NCBI RefSeq assembly: GCF_003073045.1
Contig: NC_037594.1
Span: 13,173,353-13,237,352, forward strand
Reading direction: 5' to 3'
DNA: 64,000 nt
Source of the DNA: Pomacea canaliculata
Lineage: Eukaryota
The notes under the pieces were generated by a model that was not told where the DNA came from, ran no database searches, and worked only from the letters and a program-made list of their open reading frames with translations. The translations under genes were made by a program, and so were the position numbers. Below are positions 52,486 to 64,000 of this stretch, piece after piece (position 1 is the first letter of the stretch; every line of letters begins with the position of its first letter).

Positions 52486-52591
52486 ATCTTTGGAGGGTGC
52501 ATAGCAATAGGGAATGTCAGCATCTTCACACACAACAGGCATGTGGGAAATTACATCTAGAGGACTTACATCTCCTGCCAGCACAACAATC
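52486..52591 (-). CDS. NHP2: NHP2 exon 3 (-IVVLAGDVSPLDVISHMPVVCEDADIPYCYAPSKD).
   Basis: Human IMVLAGDTLPIEVYCHLPVMCEDRNLPYVYIPSKTD. Acceptor tttgcag|, donor GAT|gtgagt. Confidence 0.85.
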
Positions 52592-53095
52592 CTGCAAAAA
52601 ATATTTTTGACACACATGGCATGTACTCATACTTCCACCTGGATTAGTTAGGTTTGCAGGCAGTAGGGATTCAACTACCTTTAATGGAAGACACCAACTA
52701 GCCTCATAATCTCAACCTAAAGTTATCAAAAGCTGATTACTCAGCCAGAAGGAGAAAGAACACTTTCCAACATGGTCAACATAAGACCCTGCCCAAAAAA
52801 ACCAAGAGCCCAACTTGACTGGGTGAAATAAATTTAACTGCATGTTTCCATGATTACAGGCACTATTGTGCTTACACATCAAAACTTTAGGAACAAAGCA
52901 TAATCTTAAAATATTCTAGATGTCTAAACCCACATTTAAAGTCTGCTCATGATCATGGACAATGCTTTTAGACATAACTTATTGTTTTTTTTAAATTTTA
53001 AGTGTTTTACACCACAATCTCATAATTCAAAAACCACAAAATAAAATTCCTGAGCATGAGCAACTTATAAAGGCAAATCCTCAAAAAAACAAATA

Positions 53096-53854
53096 CAGTG
53101 GAACCTCGGCCAACGACAACAATCCATTCTGGAAAGTTGGTCGGTACCTGAAATTTTCGGTATCCAATACAATTTTCCCCATAAGAAATAAAGGAAATAG
53201 ATTTGATTGGTTCCCAGCTCCTGTAGACTTGCTAATACATGTATATGAAAGTTACAGGCTATATAGCAGCACTTGTCCATGGGGTTTTCTTCTGCAAATC
53301 TTCATAGATTTGCAGCGACTTCTCACAAATGAACAACTCGCTGGTGCTAACACCTTCTGTTTCTCGTTTATATACACAAGCAACAACTTTTCTACTTCTT
53401 CCTTTATTTGAGGCCTTTCCTTTGTTCAAGCACTCACTCCTTTCGAAAAATTAGCTTAAGTTGAGATTGTCGACTTCGACATGCGGCGATATCTGACACA
53501 TGCATGCCTTTGTCATACTTTGAAATCATTTCCTTTCTCAATTCATTTGTCCACTGCTTCCTTTTCATTACCTTGCTACTATTGCTCTTAATCTTTTTTT
53601 TGAAGCCATGATTGAGGTCTACATTATTAAAATAAAGCACAAAAATCACTAAATAAGAAGGATGCGCATAGATAAAGGTAACGACTGACCGATCGTAACT
53701 GCATCTCGAGTGCAAGTAATACTTGGTCTGAGATACTGGTGTGTGGATGACCTGGCTGTTCGGTATCCGAATTTTGTTCAGTATCCGATGCCAATTTTTA
53801 ACAAAATTTTTGGCTGGTTGTTATCCGAAATGTTCACCATCCAAGGTTCCACTG
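53096..53854. mobile_element. pogo/Tigger-like element (759 bp) in NHP2 intron 2. TIR CAGTGGAACCTCGG…, TA TSD, internal remnant of a psq/CENPB-type HTH transposase N-terminus (minus strand, 53434-53715).
   Basis: ta|cagtggaacctcggccaacg … ccaaggttccactg|ta. ORF fragment MKRKQWTNELRKEMISKYDKGMHVSDIAACRSRQSQLKLIF resembles the Tigger/pogo N-terminal HTH (KRKxLTLEEKLEIIKxxExGxSxxEIAxxFGV). Confidence 0.65.
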
Positions 53855-53966
53855 TAAAAAATGCTAGAAGTTTAACACATTGCCATTATTGGTACTGCAA
53901 CCCCCCTCCAACTCCAGGTACTAGAGAAGTTTCCACAAATAAAGCATTAGCATAAGTCTATATTAC

Positions 53967-54039
53967 CCTTTTTCTCCTTTTCGGATAAATTTCTGTACCT
54001 CCCGAACACCTTTTCTGAGAAAGTTCTTTTGTTTGGATG
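53967..54039 (-). CDS. NHP2: NHP2 exon 2 (ASKQKNFLRKGVREVQKFIRKGEKG).
   Basis: Human AVKQKQIRRGVKEVQKFVNKGEKG. Acceptor atacag|, donor GG|gtaata. Phases 1 to 2 are consistent. Confidence 0.8.
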
Positions 54040-54920
54040 CTGTATAAAAAAAAAAAAACAAGAATATTTGGGAAAAATCTTATGTTAGCCATAATGCTGA
54101 GATTTGTATAGAATACTTTTCTTTTACTTCAAGCAGAATTTATATAAATGACTTCTAGTAAACAATACCCATGACTTACATATCGAAAGTGCATAGAGAA
54201 CATGATATGTTAATCATATAATTAAGTAAAGCAGTTGTCTTACGCTTTAGCATCAATGATTTTTTTTTCAGGTTCTTTTCTGACTGCTTTTACCTTTACA
54301 TGTCTGTACAGCTCCTGTCCCTATACTTTACCCAATTTGTTATATTATTTTTAAAGATCTTTAAAATAATTGATGCAGATAAGGTCGCCCATCTTGATAG
54401 TAAACAAGTACTATGTCAGGAATATGTTAATTCCATCTTTGACATATATTTTGTTTCAAAACATTGTATCTTGAACTGAAGATGTAATATGCATTTGTTA
54501 TGACTGGCATATCCTTGTCTGCAATAGGTGCTAAAATTTTACTCAAATGTTCATCACTCATTCAATGACATATCCTTTGATACTCTACATATAGAATGAA
54601 TTTTTATTAGTACAAGTCAACAGATGAGTAAATGATTGGCCACATATTATGAAGCTCCCACGCAAAATCAAGTTCAACGAATGCCAGCATCATGAATTTG
54701 AAAAAGCCTCGCCAAAAAACAGCATCTGTATATATTTGCACATTAAATTTATGACTTGTAAGTCTTAACAGAAGCATGCGCTAGTAGGTTTCACGTCAAA
54801 ATTAAAGCATTCATATTTTAATATAATCTGTCAAAAAAAAAAAAAAGTATTCAAAGCACAGTATACATGTATAGCTGTCAAATTAAGGTTGACTTTGTGA
54901 CGTGAATCTCTGATACATAC

Positions 54921-55077
54921 CTTTACGGATGGTTTTGTACAATCGTTTTGTGAGTTTCTTTGTTGCCAAAGGCTTAGCAATGGAACATAAGTATTTTGTT
55001 TTCTCTTCCCATGACTCCTCTTTTTCAGTTTCGTCGTTAACATCGGACTGGCGTTTCTCTTTTTTGTCCTTGCCCAT
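54921..55077 (-). CDS. NHP2: NHP2 exon 1 (MGKDKKEKRQSDVNDETEKEESWEEKTKYLCSIAKPLATKKLTKRLYKTIRK-).
   Basis: Human …NPIAQPLASRRLTRKLYKCIKKA. ATG at 55077, donor AAAG|gtatgt. The four-exon model sums to 153 codons, equal to human NHP2. Confidence 0.8.
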
Positions 55078-55485
55078 TTGCTTTTACTAGACTGCAGCAA
55101 CTTTCACTCAAGGAAAAGTTATCCACATGTGTATTGTGGCGGAAGTATCTCTTCTGCGGTACTCTATTTGAGGCTAGAGCAAAAAAAAAAAAAATTAAAG
55201 CAAATAAAATAAAAACTATAAAGTAAAGAATTGTTAATTAACAAATTAAACTGAATATTTATAAAACAAATGCAACTGCGTAACGACAGTTAAAAAGTAG
55301 AAAATAATTTTTTAAATACTTGGGTTAATTAAGCATTGTTCTAAAATGATTCGAATTCTTTTAAAAATATAATGATAAGATTTTGGATAACTTTATTTCA
55401 AAAGAATTTTTTTAAACTATTTTATTTTCAAACGTAATTTTATGTCTTGGACAGAACTACCTGAAAGTTTGGTGCGGAATTCAAA
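55078..55485. promoter_or_regulatory. Bidirectional promoter / intergenic region between head-to-head NHP2 (-) and PUF60 (+).
   Basis: NHP2 ATG at 55077 (minus) and PUF60 ATG at 55486 (plus) are about 400 bp apart. ETS-like GGCGGAAGT at about 55140; an A-rich tract. Confidence 0.5.
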
Positions 55486-55590
55486 ATGACCTCCGATAAT
55501 GCAATGGAAGTAGTCAAGGTGAAGACAGAAATTGGAGAAGGAGATGCAAAACCTTTAGCTGACATGGCTAATGGTCAAGAAAAAGAAGAG
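55486..55590 (+). CDS. PUF60: PUF60 (poly(U)-binding splicing factor 60 / half pint) coding exon 1 (MTSDNAMEVVKVKTEIGEGDAKPLADMANGQEKEE).
   Basis: ATG at 55486, donor GAG|gtaaag at 55591. Assignment rests on exon 3. Confidence 0.55.
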
Positions 55591-56712
55591 GTAAAGTGGC
55601 TCTGACTCCTTTAGACAACATTTTCGTTGTTATTTATTGTTGCTTATCTCTAATTTAGTCTGTTGTCGAAGCGTCAGCATTGACTTAAGGAGTAGAACAG
55701 ATCCGCCATCTTGAACATTTTGAAAAACTGAATTGCATGACAGTTGTTCGGGACACTACTTGTAATTAAATAAATAATATGATGTGTAGGACATTTCAAT
55801 AGCATCAATACAATGTAACTTATTACAAAGTTTTATATAGAACTTAATGTATCATTCGTAGTTGGTAGCGTCGATATGTTGGTCACGTGCTTTGGATTTG
55901 GTCTTCCTTAACGCCATTGCCCTAATGGCACTTTTAATGCGACTTCTTGCAGAGAGCCATAGAACTTTTACTGCTAATAATGTTTGTTATATGTGATTAG
56001 AGGTGTATTTAAAGCAGTTTCATTTTGCTATGGCATATTAAAATTTGATCTTGTTTTTCGTAGGATAACCAAACAGTAATTGCCGGGATTGCGTTGACAA
56101 GTTGTTTTTTTTTTTATTATTAAATGTAAACGAGCCTCTAGTCGTTAAATTTCCATTAAAAATATGCACCGTTAAATTGCATCAAAACGATGGTTAGCCT
56201 CTCCAATATTTGCATTAGCTCTTTTGAAACTTCGTTTGGAAACAGTTATTTAAGCTATAATTTGATCTCGGGACATTTTCTTATAGTCGTGTCTTGGTCG
56301 AAGTTATAGCATTGAGCAAGTAGTCTTCAGTTCATTGTTATGTATGGTCAATATGCCATTCTCCACTTTAACCACTCATCCTGGTCAGCTATGCAAGCCA
56401 CGTTATGTTTTTATGTATTATTCCTGGCTTTTAATGCTGATGACCTGTTGCATTATAAAACGATATCATTTTAACTTTTTGAAGTTTTGATATAATTGCA
56501 TTAATTGAGTGGTTAAGGTATTTGAACAGAAGTGTTGGCTGTTATGTCATTTAATAGACATCAGCCCTTCACCTTGAGTTTGGTTATTCCTTGATGCTCC
56601 TTTGAGAGGCATAGGGCCTCAACAACACCTCACCAGCTGACCCGGTTTTGGGCAGCCCCCTTCAGTTGGGTCCCTGTGGTTCCGATGTCCTTTGCCTCAC
56701 TTTCTACAGTTC

Positions 56713-57058
56713 TTAATGATGATGATTTGCATAGGGCCTTCCAAATATTTGCTCAGAGATCTTTACATAAATTATTCATAGACTAAATCCATCAATAGCC
56801 ATGCACCCATATTCGCATATAACTTCTACAACATTCACAAAGTAAATTAATTATACACACGCATTATGCAGGCTCATGCTCAGGGGAGGGTCAATGAAGT
56901 TGGCGTTCTGAAAAGATGCATCTTGATTGGTAATCCGTTCCAAGTTGATGGGGCCTGGTAGGAGAAAGACCTCTGTCCATATATCTTTGTCTCAAGTTAG
57001 TGGGATTCGCAGTGGTGTCAGAAAATGATTGAGGAAGTCATGCAGACGTATAGATGGG
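56713..57058 (+). repeat. Second copy of the 350-385-bp dispersed repeat, in the PUF60 first intron.
   Basis: See 48112-48495. Confidence 0.7.
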
Positions 57059-57475
57059 AGCAAGTTTGGAGAGGTATAAAGGACCCGTGCCAGAAATGGA
57101 AGAGTAAGTCAAAGTCAACGCTTTAAATTGGGATATTGCTGCATAATTTCATTTTCAACACCTGCAAAACCACGATATTCTGGCCCATGAGATTTTGTAT
57201 CTTGTTGAGTGCAGCCTTTGGGTGAGAAAAGGTTAGGCACCACTGGATTAGATGGGCAACAATTCTGGGGTCGGTAAATTGCAGTAGATAAAGGGACAGC
57301 AACTGCAGAACTGAAATTTAATATGGCATTTGTAATAAAATGTTAACGTAATTTGGTATTTTTGTAACAGAAAAGCGGGGTTTAAAGAAAACCATAGGGT
57401 CATAGGGACCCGTTTTACCTAAGAGCGGTACCCATCTCCTCTTCCTCGCTGCCTGCCTTCCCCAACCCTCTAAGG

Positions 57476-57653
57476 CAGGGGTTGACAATTAATTTTCCCA
57501 AGGAGCCGCATGAGAAATTGGGATGGTCTCAGATGGCTGGACTAATATACTTTACTCAGTTTTACCCAATACTTTATATACAGTATATATGTACTGGCGG
57601 GCGTGCCAGCCAGAGACAGGATGCGGCCCATGGGCTGCCCCTTGCCCCGGTCT
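57476..57653 (-). mobile_element. Copy B of the 171-178-bp element, 8-bp TSD cCTTAGAG[c/g] (7/8 identical); inserted into a SINE-like sequence.
   Basis: Reverse complement aligns along the full length to 15650-15820. Flanking direct repeats differ from copy A, as expected for a TSD. Confidence 0.55.
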
Positions 57654-58182
57654 GCTCTAAGGTGTTGGGTACACATTCAGCTGGGTTGACTGGGCAAGTC
57701 GCCATGATATAGCCTTAGTTGCTGGCACGGCATAAAACATGACAAACCATCAACTGGACAAAGTGTGCTACACGGTATAAAACTGGCGTGCCTCTCAGTT
57801 CTCTAACCATTCAGCTGTCTGCTCCCCCAGAGAACAGCAAACAATCCAATAATGTAAGAAGTAATAAACAATAATAAATATCAGTGAATGGGTTGCGAAA
57901 CTGCCTGGCATAATAGAATGAGACTGAACCATGGGTTGACAAATTTACATTTTGCTCCTCAGCTTGCATTGTGGTGGAGATTAGTAATAAAGGATAATGG
58001 CATGTCGGTTACTAATAAGATAGATTTGTGTATTTGACGAATTTTTTTTTTAATCTTTGTTTACTGTATTCTGTTGTACATTAAATTTATAGAGGAAACA
58101 GAATGAAATAGATGAAAACTTTCCGTTTAGAAACGTTTGAAGAAAAAGTGGCATTAAAGGAAAGGGGGTTGTGTTTTTGCAG

Positions 58183-58264
58183 GATCCTTTGGTAAACTTC
58201 TCGGAACCATCTGCAGAAGAAGAAGAGCCAGCATTAAAGAAGCCTAAACTGGAGAATGGAGGAG
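58183..58264 (+). CDS. PUF60: PUF60 coding exon 2 (DPLVNFSEPSAEEEEPALKKPKLENGG-).
   Basis: Acceptor ttttgcag| at 58182, donor GAG|gtaaag at 58265. Phase 0 in, carry 1 out, matching exon 3. Confidence 0.55.
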
Positions 58265-61200
58265 GTAAAGCTGCTTTCAGATTTTATGTGACTACCCTGC
58301 AGCATACCAGCATCCTTGTGAAAAGTTGAAGCTGGCTTGCTGAAGGTGGTCTTTCAGCTATGTTGTCCGAATTTTCAATTACAGGTTTGGCTAGAAAAAT
58401 ATAATGAAATTGATTTATTTCATGTCTTTTTCTTTGAAGGAAGGTGTCCCATAGCTGTAGAATAGGAATGATTGTACATCCAATGAAATTGATGTGCTGA
58501 AGCAAATGTTTGAAATAAACTGGAATGAATAAATCATCTTGTTTCTGCATTCTTCTGATATGATTCCAGCTTATGAATGAACCTGCTGTTGAAGAGTGTA
58601 TGGGCCTGAACCTGCTCAGAAGGGTTTTGCAGGAAGACATCTTATTCTCTGTTCTTGTTAATGTATTGTCAAAAGAAGTGAAGTGTAATATGTGTGCGTG
58701 GTAGATCATTAATTTGTATGCTTTCATAACTTTCTAACAACAAAATTAGTTTTTCCCAAAGAATTTGGAATTTGCTGAAGCTGTGGTATTATGCTAAAAT
58801 ATAAAAAAAACTTCTATTTTAATTAGTTATTAAACGTTTTAAGCTTTTTTCCTAAATCTGTTTAAAACAAAAACATTTAAAGGAACATTGCAGTCTCGGG
58901 TATTCTGTTTTCTGAAGTGTGCTACTCGCTCGCTCTCATCAGTTCATGTCAAGAGCTGCCAAAGCAGTTTTTTAAGGTTTTTGTTTTTATGTATGCCTAT
59001 TTAAAAAAAAGTTTTTTCAAAGGCTGGGTTTGAAACCTTGTTTGCGATTAATATGCTAAGAATTTTGGTGTGTGTTTGTGTTGTCTTTATGATCTCAGGG
59101 CTGCACATCACTAGATCATGAAGTCTGGGCTGCTGTCACAAGCTGGGGGATGTTCACTTCAGCCTTTTATCATCTTTCAGAGATTGTGTTCAGAGCATCT
59201 AGAAGTTCTTTTTTTCTCTCAAATTGAAAATTCTAAACATTTTATCAAGAAAACATTTATGATCCGTTCTCCGCAATGATTGAAACTTTAAAAGCAACAG
59301 AAGGGAGTTAGGAATAGGTGTGAAGAATAAATGTAAGATTCAAAGTAGGATTAAACTATTGAACATTATGCAAGTTATTTGTGATCTTGCAGCTTGCATA
59401 GACTCAAAACTGCGTTTTAAAATAAAAAATTTCAGTATTAACATTATGTAAATTAAAACAGTCTAGGTTTTTTTCCATCCTTAGCTTTTAATTCCAATGC
59501 ATGGTGTTCCTGCTTTTTTTTTTTTTTTTAAAATAAGGCCATGATAAACTTTTGTACTAAAGCATATTCCTCTGTGTTTGAAAAATTACTGTTGCAGAGG
59601 TGATTTTCAATCCCAGATGCCCCTTGCATATGCAGAAAACATACCGTGGCCGGTGCGAGCAACATGCAGTTGTCAACACCAGTCTTGTTTCTTCAGATCG
59701 CAGCTAGTCAATGTTCTATTTTGTGAAGTTTATCTTTGGTGCTTATGTGGCTGGACTTTTCTTTTCATCTGTTCTTTGTGTCGAAGTGGTGTGATGTGAG
59801 CATGTCATGCCTGAAAATGTGTGAAAGATAAACCAGATATTTGCACACATTAAATTGGCAGGCTATTGGCAAAGAATTCACTCCAGATTTACCTTGTGCC
59901 AAATTTAAAATAGTGTACGGTAAGGTCTCTAAATGCTTGTCCTAATTTCGTACATCAAAGTTCAGTGAATTTTTATAGAAGAAATTTGAACATTAACTGC
60001 TTTGTCAGGAATGTTGAACTGTCTTCGTTGTGAAAGGATATATGGAACAAAGTTTTTGGGGTCTTAGTTGCATTACGGACATATTACAAGAAGCTTTAGA
60101 CAGGTTTCATAAGCAGTTTTTGTTGCTTTTTATAACACTGCTGAAGGGGAAGTAGGTAAGTACTAGTGTCGAATGAGAGGGGCTCACGTGCAAGCTTGTT
60201 AGTATCTGTACAGTATCAGTATCTTTCCTTGGTTGACCCAGCTGCTGAATAGGGTACCTGACGGAGGGAGAAGTGCCAGCCTTAGAAAAATCTAGCCCCA
60301 AGAAAAGCATTTTATATAACATGTCCCCCTTAAAACTGACAGGCAAACATTGTTGCTTTTGCCTGTTAAAATTGTGTAAGTAAAATACAGTAGAAAACAT
60401 TTAAGTTTGTGAAGTGATTGGTTTAAAGTTTCCCATGCCCATTCCTACTGCTGCCTACAGGCAAGTTCTAACCAGGAATGATTTTTGTGTATAGTGGATA
60501 ACTGTGTGCTGTCATTAGTGAGTTTTTGATTGTGTTTGGATTTTGAGCTGAAGTTAAAGGAAAGTGCACAGCTAGTTGATGCGAGCTGCCATTGTTGTTT
60601 CAGTACCTTCTGCATCTGTTTACAAGCCAGATGGTTTGGAAATGTCGACAGCTTGATGAATTTCCTACTCGGGGAGTCTGGCCATTCAACTTTAAATAAT
60701 TTTTTGTCGTTTCATAAATTAAAATTGAAATTGAAAACTTTCACTAGATACATTTCTTTCAGGATCAAGTATCAGGCAGTTTGTTGGTCTGTGCAGATTA
60801 CAATGGGCAGGGGTGCTGTTTCGTGTTGTATACAAGATGCAAGCAGTTTAACAATGGACTTACAAGAAACTAGAGCATGGGAGTCATACCTAAATTTTGA
60901 AGATCAGAAAATTGCCCTTATCCCTTTTTTTGATATCCAAGTGACTTGCAATTTATGAATGTTCAAACTATTTTAGAAGCAATAGGCACCTTCCACTCTT
61001 GAGGTTTGAACCATTTTTTTTTTTTTTTTTTTTTTTTTCTTGCAGCCTTTGGGATCATGCTTTGCCTGTTATTGAGGTGAAAGCTGAAAGAAAAAATGCT
61101 ATATAAATAATGAGTTATACATAATTCTGTGCTTTGAAAAGACTTCAGATTTTGCCTTTTACCTGTGTTTAGAGCATGTGTCCAGCATCCAAGTGAAAAT

Positions 61201-63348
61201 TTGAATGACTTGAAAGTTGTTAGTCTTTGCTCAATATGACAGATCTGATGGCTAGAATGAAGACATTAGTTATGAGTAAAAGCACATTGCAAAAATTGTG
61301 ATGATTCTTGGAAAAAATTCAAGTACAAAACTTTATTATTATTATTATTTTATGATCATTGTTATTTAAAATTTTATCTTTATCTGAAAGTTCCGTTTAA
61401 CTAATCTGGAATGTACTCCTTTCATAAATTGCAAGTCACCTGTATGGAATTCCCAAATCTTATTTTCTTTTAGGAATATGGTGCCAACTGTACATTAGGG
61501 TGAAGACTTAAAGGATTCCTTTGAAGAGGCAGAATTCTTCAAAGCTGTACAATTATTTCATCACCCCAAAGTAATAAAATCATTCTGGCTTAGTGGCATA
61601 AAGTGGGAAGAGGCTATAGCAGCACTGTTGGAGAAAGACTATACCGTTTTACCCTGGAGATCCCCCTTCGCTATCTAATGCCATATTTTCTTCTGTTTTT
61701 CTGTGTGTTTCAAGCAGTATTGCGAGCACATATTCACATCCTCCATTCAGCCAGCTGTTTTTTGGAACGTTTCTAGCCCAAAGAACTGTAGCCTGTAATA
61801 GGCCAGGGCATCGACTTTATAAAAAGGAAAATGCGGTAAACATTGCTTCGTGTGTGTAGATTGAGATGATGCAGACACGCATAATGAGCCCTTCATTGAC
61901 ACTCGGGAAGCTGAAGTGTTTGGGCAGTTGTTTTAGTCATCACATGTCCCTGGGAACAAATGAAAAACTTCTACGCATAAATTAACAATGGTTATTTGAA
62001 ACAGTACATTTACATTTTGAGTGATCTAATAGTTTTGTATTAGTTTAAAAATAGTTTTTTTCCAGGAAGTTTTTTGCCTTGCGGGATGAAGGTTGCATTA
62101 AAGTTATGAGAGTTTGATATTTTCTGAAGATGCCGGGTTTTTTGCTAGGTGCCTTGGAAATATGTGTGTGTATGTAGAGTGCTATATGTGAAGTTCATTA
62201 TTTTAAGAAATGATGTCAATGCTGGAAGTATTTCAGTTTAATTATAGTAGGGTTATAATTTCATGTCTGCATTATCCCAGACTTTGACCTTTGGTTTCAA
62301 AAGATAAACATTTTTGTGTACATCCGACTAATTCTCCAGCACATTTTTCAAATGGTCTAGTTTTTTTTAATATAGTAGACCTTTAAATTCATTCGGAAGG
62401 CTTACGGCATAAATTTAGTCAATGGTTTTAGGAAGGTTAGCATAGTTTCTGCTGTACTGTTTTATGTGATTTGATGGGTAAAAAAAAAAGCAAATATCAA
62501 CACTATATGAAAGAGTAAAAGTCTTAATGCTAATTGGCTAGGGGTTTTTTTTTTTTGGAACCTAAAGCATCTTTGTGCTAGTGTTATTTTTCATTGCTGT
62601 GGAATAAGGGGTAAATATATCTGGTCATTGATGTTGCAGTTTGTAATATATATATATGCTCTTGACATGAAGGTTAATGTTTATGAATGACATTAGCATG
62701 AAGTGATACTTATGAATGTAGGATAACTTTACACTTGGTATTTGTGTAGGTACTAGGTCTATGGAATTTGAGTGAATACCTTGTCAGATTGTGTAATATA
62801 TTGGATTGACATCTAGGTGTTAAATAAAATGTGCAGAAGGGGGGTGTATTTTTATGGTTTACATATAAGTTGAATCTGTCGACAAAGAACATTAATTGGT
62901 TTTGAATAGGCTATTTTTCAGTTTTAGGCCAGTAGGTTTGCCATCTGTTTTTAACAATGTTTGTTAGCTCTGTGTTCTTAAAAGTGATAAACCACACAGG
63001 CATTAGTGTTGCTGAAGTATGCTGCTGCTTTTGGGGCTGGGACTAAGGTTTGGTTTCTATGGCTGTAATTGTTTCAAGAATCGTGAAATTTACAGTGTGT
63101 GTGTGTTAGTGCCTACTGTAATTTTTTTTATTTTAGGCAGGCTGCTTGGAGCCTGTGATAAGGTGTACTTGAAGAATTTTGTGGCTTTAATCATCAGTTC
63201 TGGAGAATTAGTCACCTACAGAATTTTATATCATGAAGATGTGAAGCTTTATTATTTTTAAAAAAAAATTATTTTCTGCTTTCATACATAATCAGGGATG
63301 CCTTTTGATCCTTCAGCAAAAATCATCTTTTCTTTTAATACTTTTCAG

Positions 63349-63557
63349 TGCGAGCTGTGTCTGTGGAATCGGGCCCACAGATGGAGCAGGATGGACCTGT
63401 TGTAGAAGGCCCAGGAGCCAAGCGGGATGTAAAGCCATTTTCCCTCCCAAAGTTAACTTCATCACAGGAGGAAGATATCAAACGAGCCAAGAAGTATGCC
63501 ATGGAGCAGAGCATCAAAAGTGTCTTGGTGCGCCAGACTATTCAGCACCAGCAGCAG
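63349..63557 (+). CDS. PUF60: PUF60 coding exon 3 ([70 protein letters not shown]). The gene continues beyond the window.
   Basis: Near-identical to human PUF60 [39 protein letters not shown]. Acceptor ttttcag| at 63347-63348, donor CAG|gtgagt at 63558. Confidence 0.8.
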
Positions 63558-64000
63558 GTGAGTTAAATACTCATACTGATTTGATACTAGGTTGTAATAT
63601 TTGCGGGCTGGATGTGGTAGCTTTTGGTTACATTGATATAGGAAAGTGCTTTCATAGCTGGGACAGCTGCAATATACAATATCATTTTCTTGTGCATTGT
63701 AATTAGCATTTTGTTTTTGGGGAAATTGTGAAGGTTAGGTGTTTCAAGCATTTTTTTATCCATAGTATATTCTAAACTGATGCCGGATGTTGCAATATTT
63801 TCTTAGCGATATATTGTAGTGTTTCACATGGAAGCTACTCTTCATGCTCTTTAGGGAATATGGGTATAGGTTTTGTTGAACATGCAATGCATGCTTATCT
63901 TGGTGGATATTTCATGCTGATGCAGCCTTCGTGTGATATTCTTGCAAAGGGTTATAATTGCAGTTTTTTGGGGAGTTTGTGACGCGTTTCCTACCCTAAT

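Noticed and set aside
53434-53715. 93-aa minus-strand ORF as a host gene exon.
   Set aside because: It lies wholly inside a TA-flanked TIR element, and only the middle third resembles a transposase HTH. It is a transposon remnant.
1-64000. Prokaryote-style novel system (defence island, operon, CRISPR).
   Set aside because: The window is eukaryotic: GT-AG introns interrupt every recognisable protein, there are polyA signals and TA/8-bp-TSD transposons, and no long uninterrupted ORF clusters or CRISPR-like direct-repeat arrays. The prompt's hint does not fit this window.

Overview
This is a eukaryotic (animal) nuclear genomic window. It is AT-rich, with short GT-AG introns, many interspersed TIR transposons/MITEs and SINE/LINE fragments, and a few GC-rich promoter islands. 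It is not a prokaryotic locus, so operon, defence-island or CRISPR logic does not apply and I found no novel system. The ORF track seems to accept non-ATG starts (e.g. 63348 starts GTG), so several tracked ORFs are exon interiors that run through splice sites into intronic stop codons, or are spurious frames. All gene calls below come from manual splicing of the sequence.

Genes supported:
- Minus strand, about 1950-5770: a VOPP1/WBP1-family single-pass membrane protein with a CC..CC cysteine motif, a WYFW transmembrane start and three PPxY motifs.
- Plus strand, 7120-8420: a small (~73 aa) coiled-coil protein gene that shares a CpG-island bidirectional promoter with the VOPP1-like gene.
- Plus strand, 10.7-12.3 kb: a non-LTR retrotransposon ORF2 C-terminal fragment.
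- Minus strand, 13903-14107 and 23021-23170: two EF-hand (calmodulin-like) exons about 9 kb apart.
- Plus strand, 28.7-33.7 kb: a three-exon gene for a protein with SUMO-interacting motifs, one ubiquitin-interacting motif and a long helical C-terminal domain (RAP80-like N-terminus; SLF2/SIMC1-like overall, family unresolved).
- Plus strand, 47.1-50.8 kb: a clear wolframin (WFS1) orthologue with Sel1-like N-terminal exons and a 1.75-kb terminal multi-pass transmembrane exon; a possible first coding exon lies at 37297-37330.
- 52.0-55.1 kb (minus) and 55.49 kb onward (plus): NHP2 (H/ACA snoRNP subunit, complete 153-codon four-exon model) head-to-head with PUF60 (first three coding exons; the gene runs off the window).

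Mobile DNA:
- Two pogo/Tigger-like TA-flanked elements (TIR CAGTGnnACCTCGG...), one carrying a psq-HTH transposase remnant inside an NHP2 intron, plus a third, more degraded CAGTCG-type element.
- A 5.9-kb non-autonomous TIR element with subterminal TTACGACG repeats and an internal 120-bp tandem array.
- Two copies of a 171-178-bp element with 8-bp target-site duplications.
- A MITE with (ttcaa)n-containing TIRs plus a solo TIR, and a 224-bp MITE with GTCCCGC repeats.
- tRNA-derived SINE remnants sharing a 38-nt motif present in four copies.
- A 350-385-bp dispersed repeat present in a WFS1 intron and again upstream of PUF60 exon 2.
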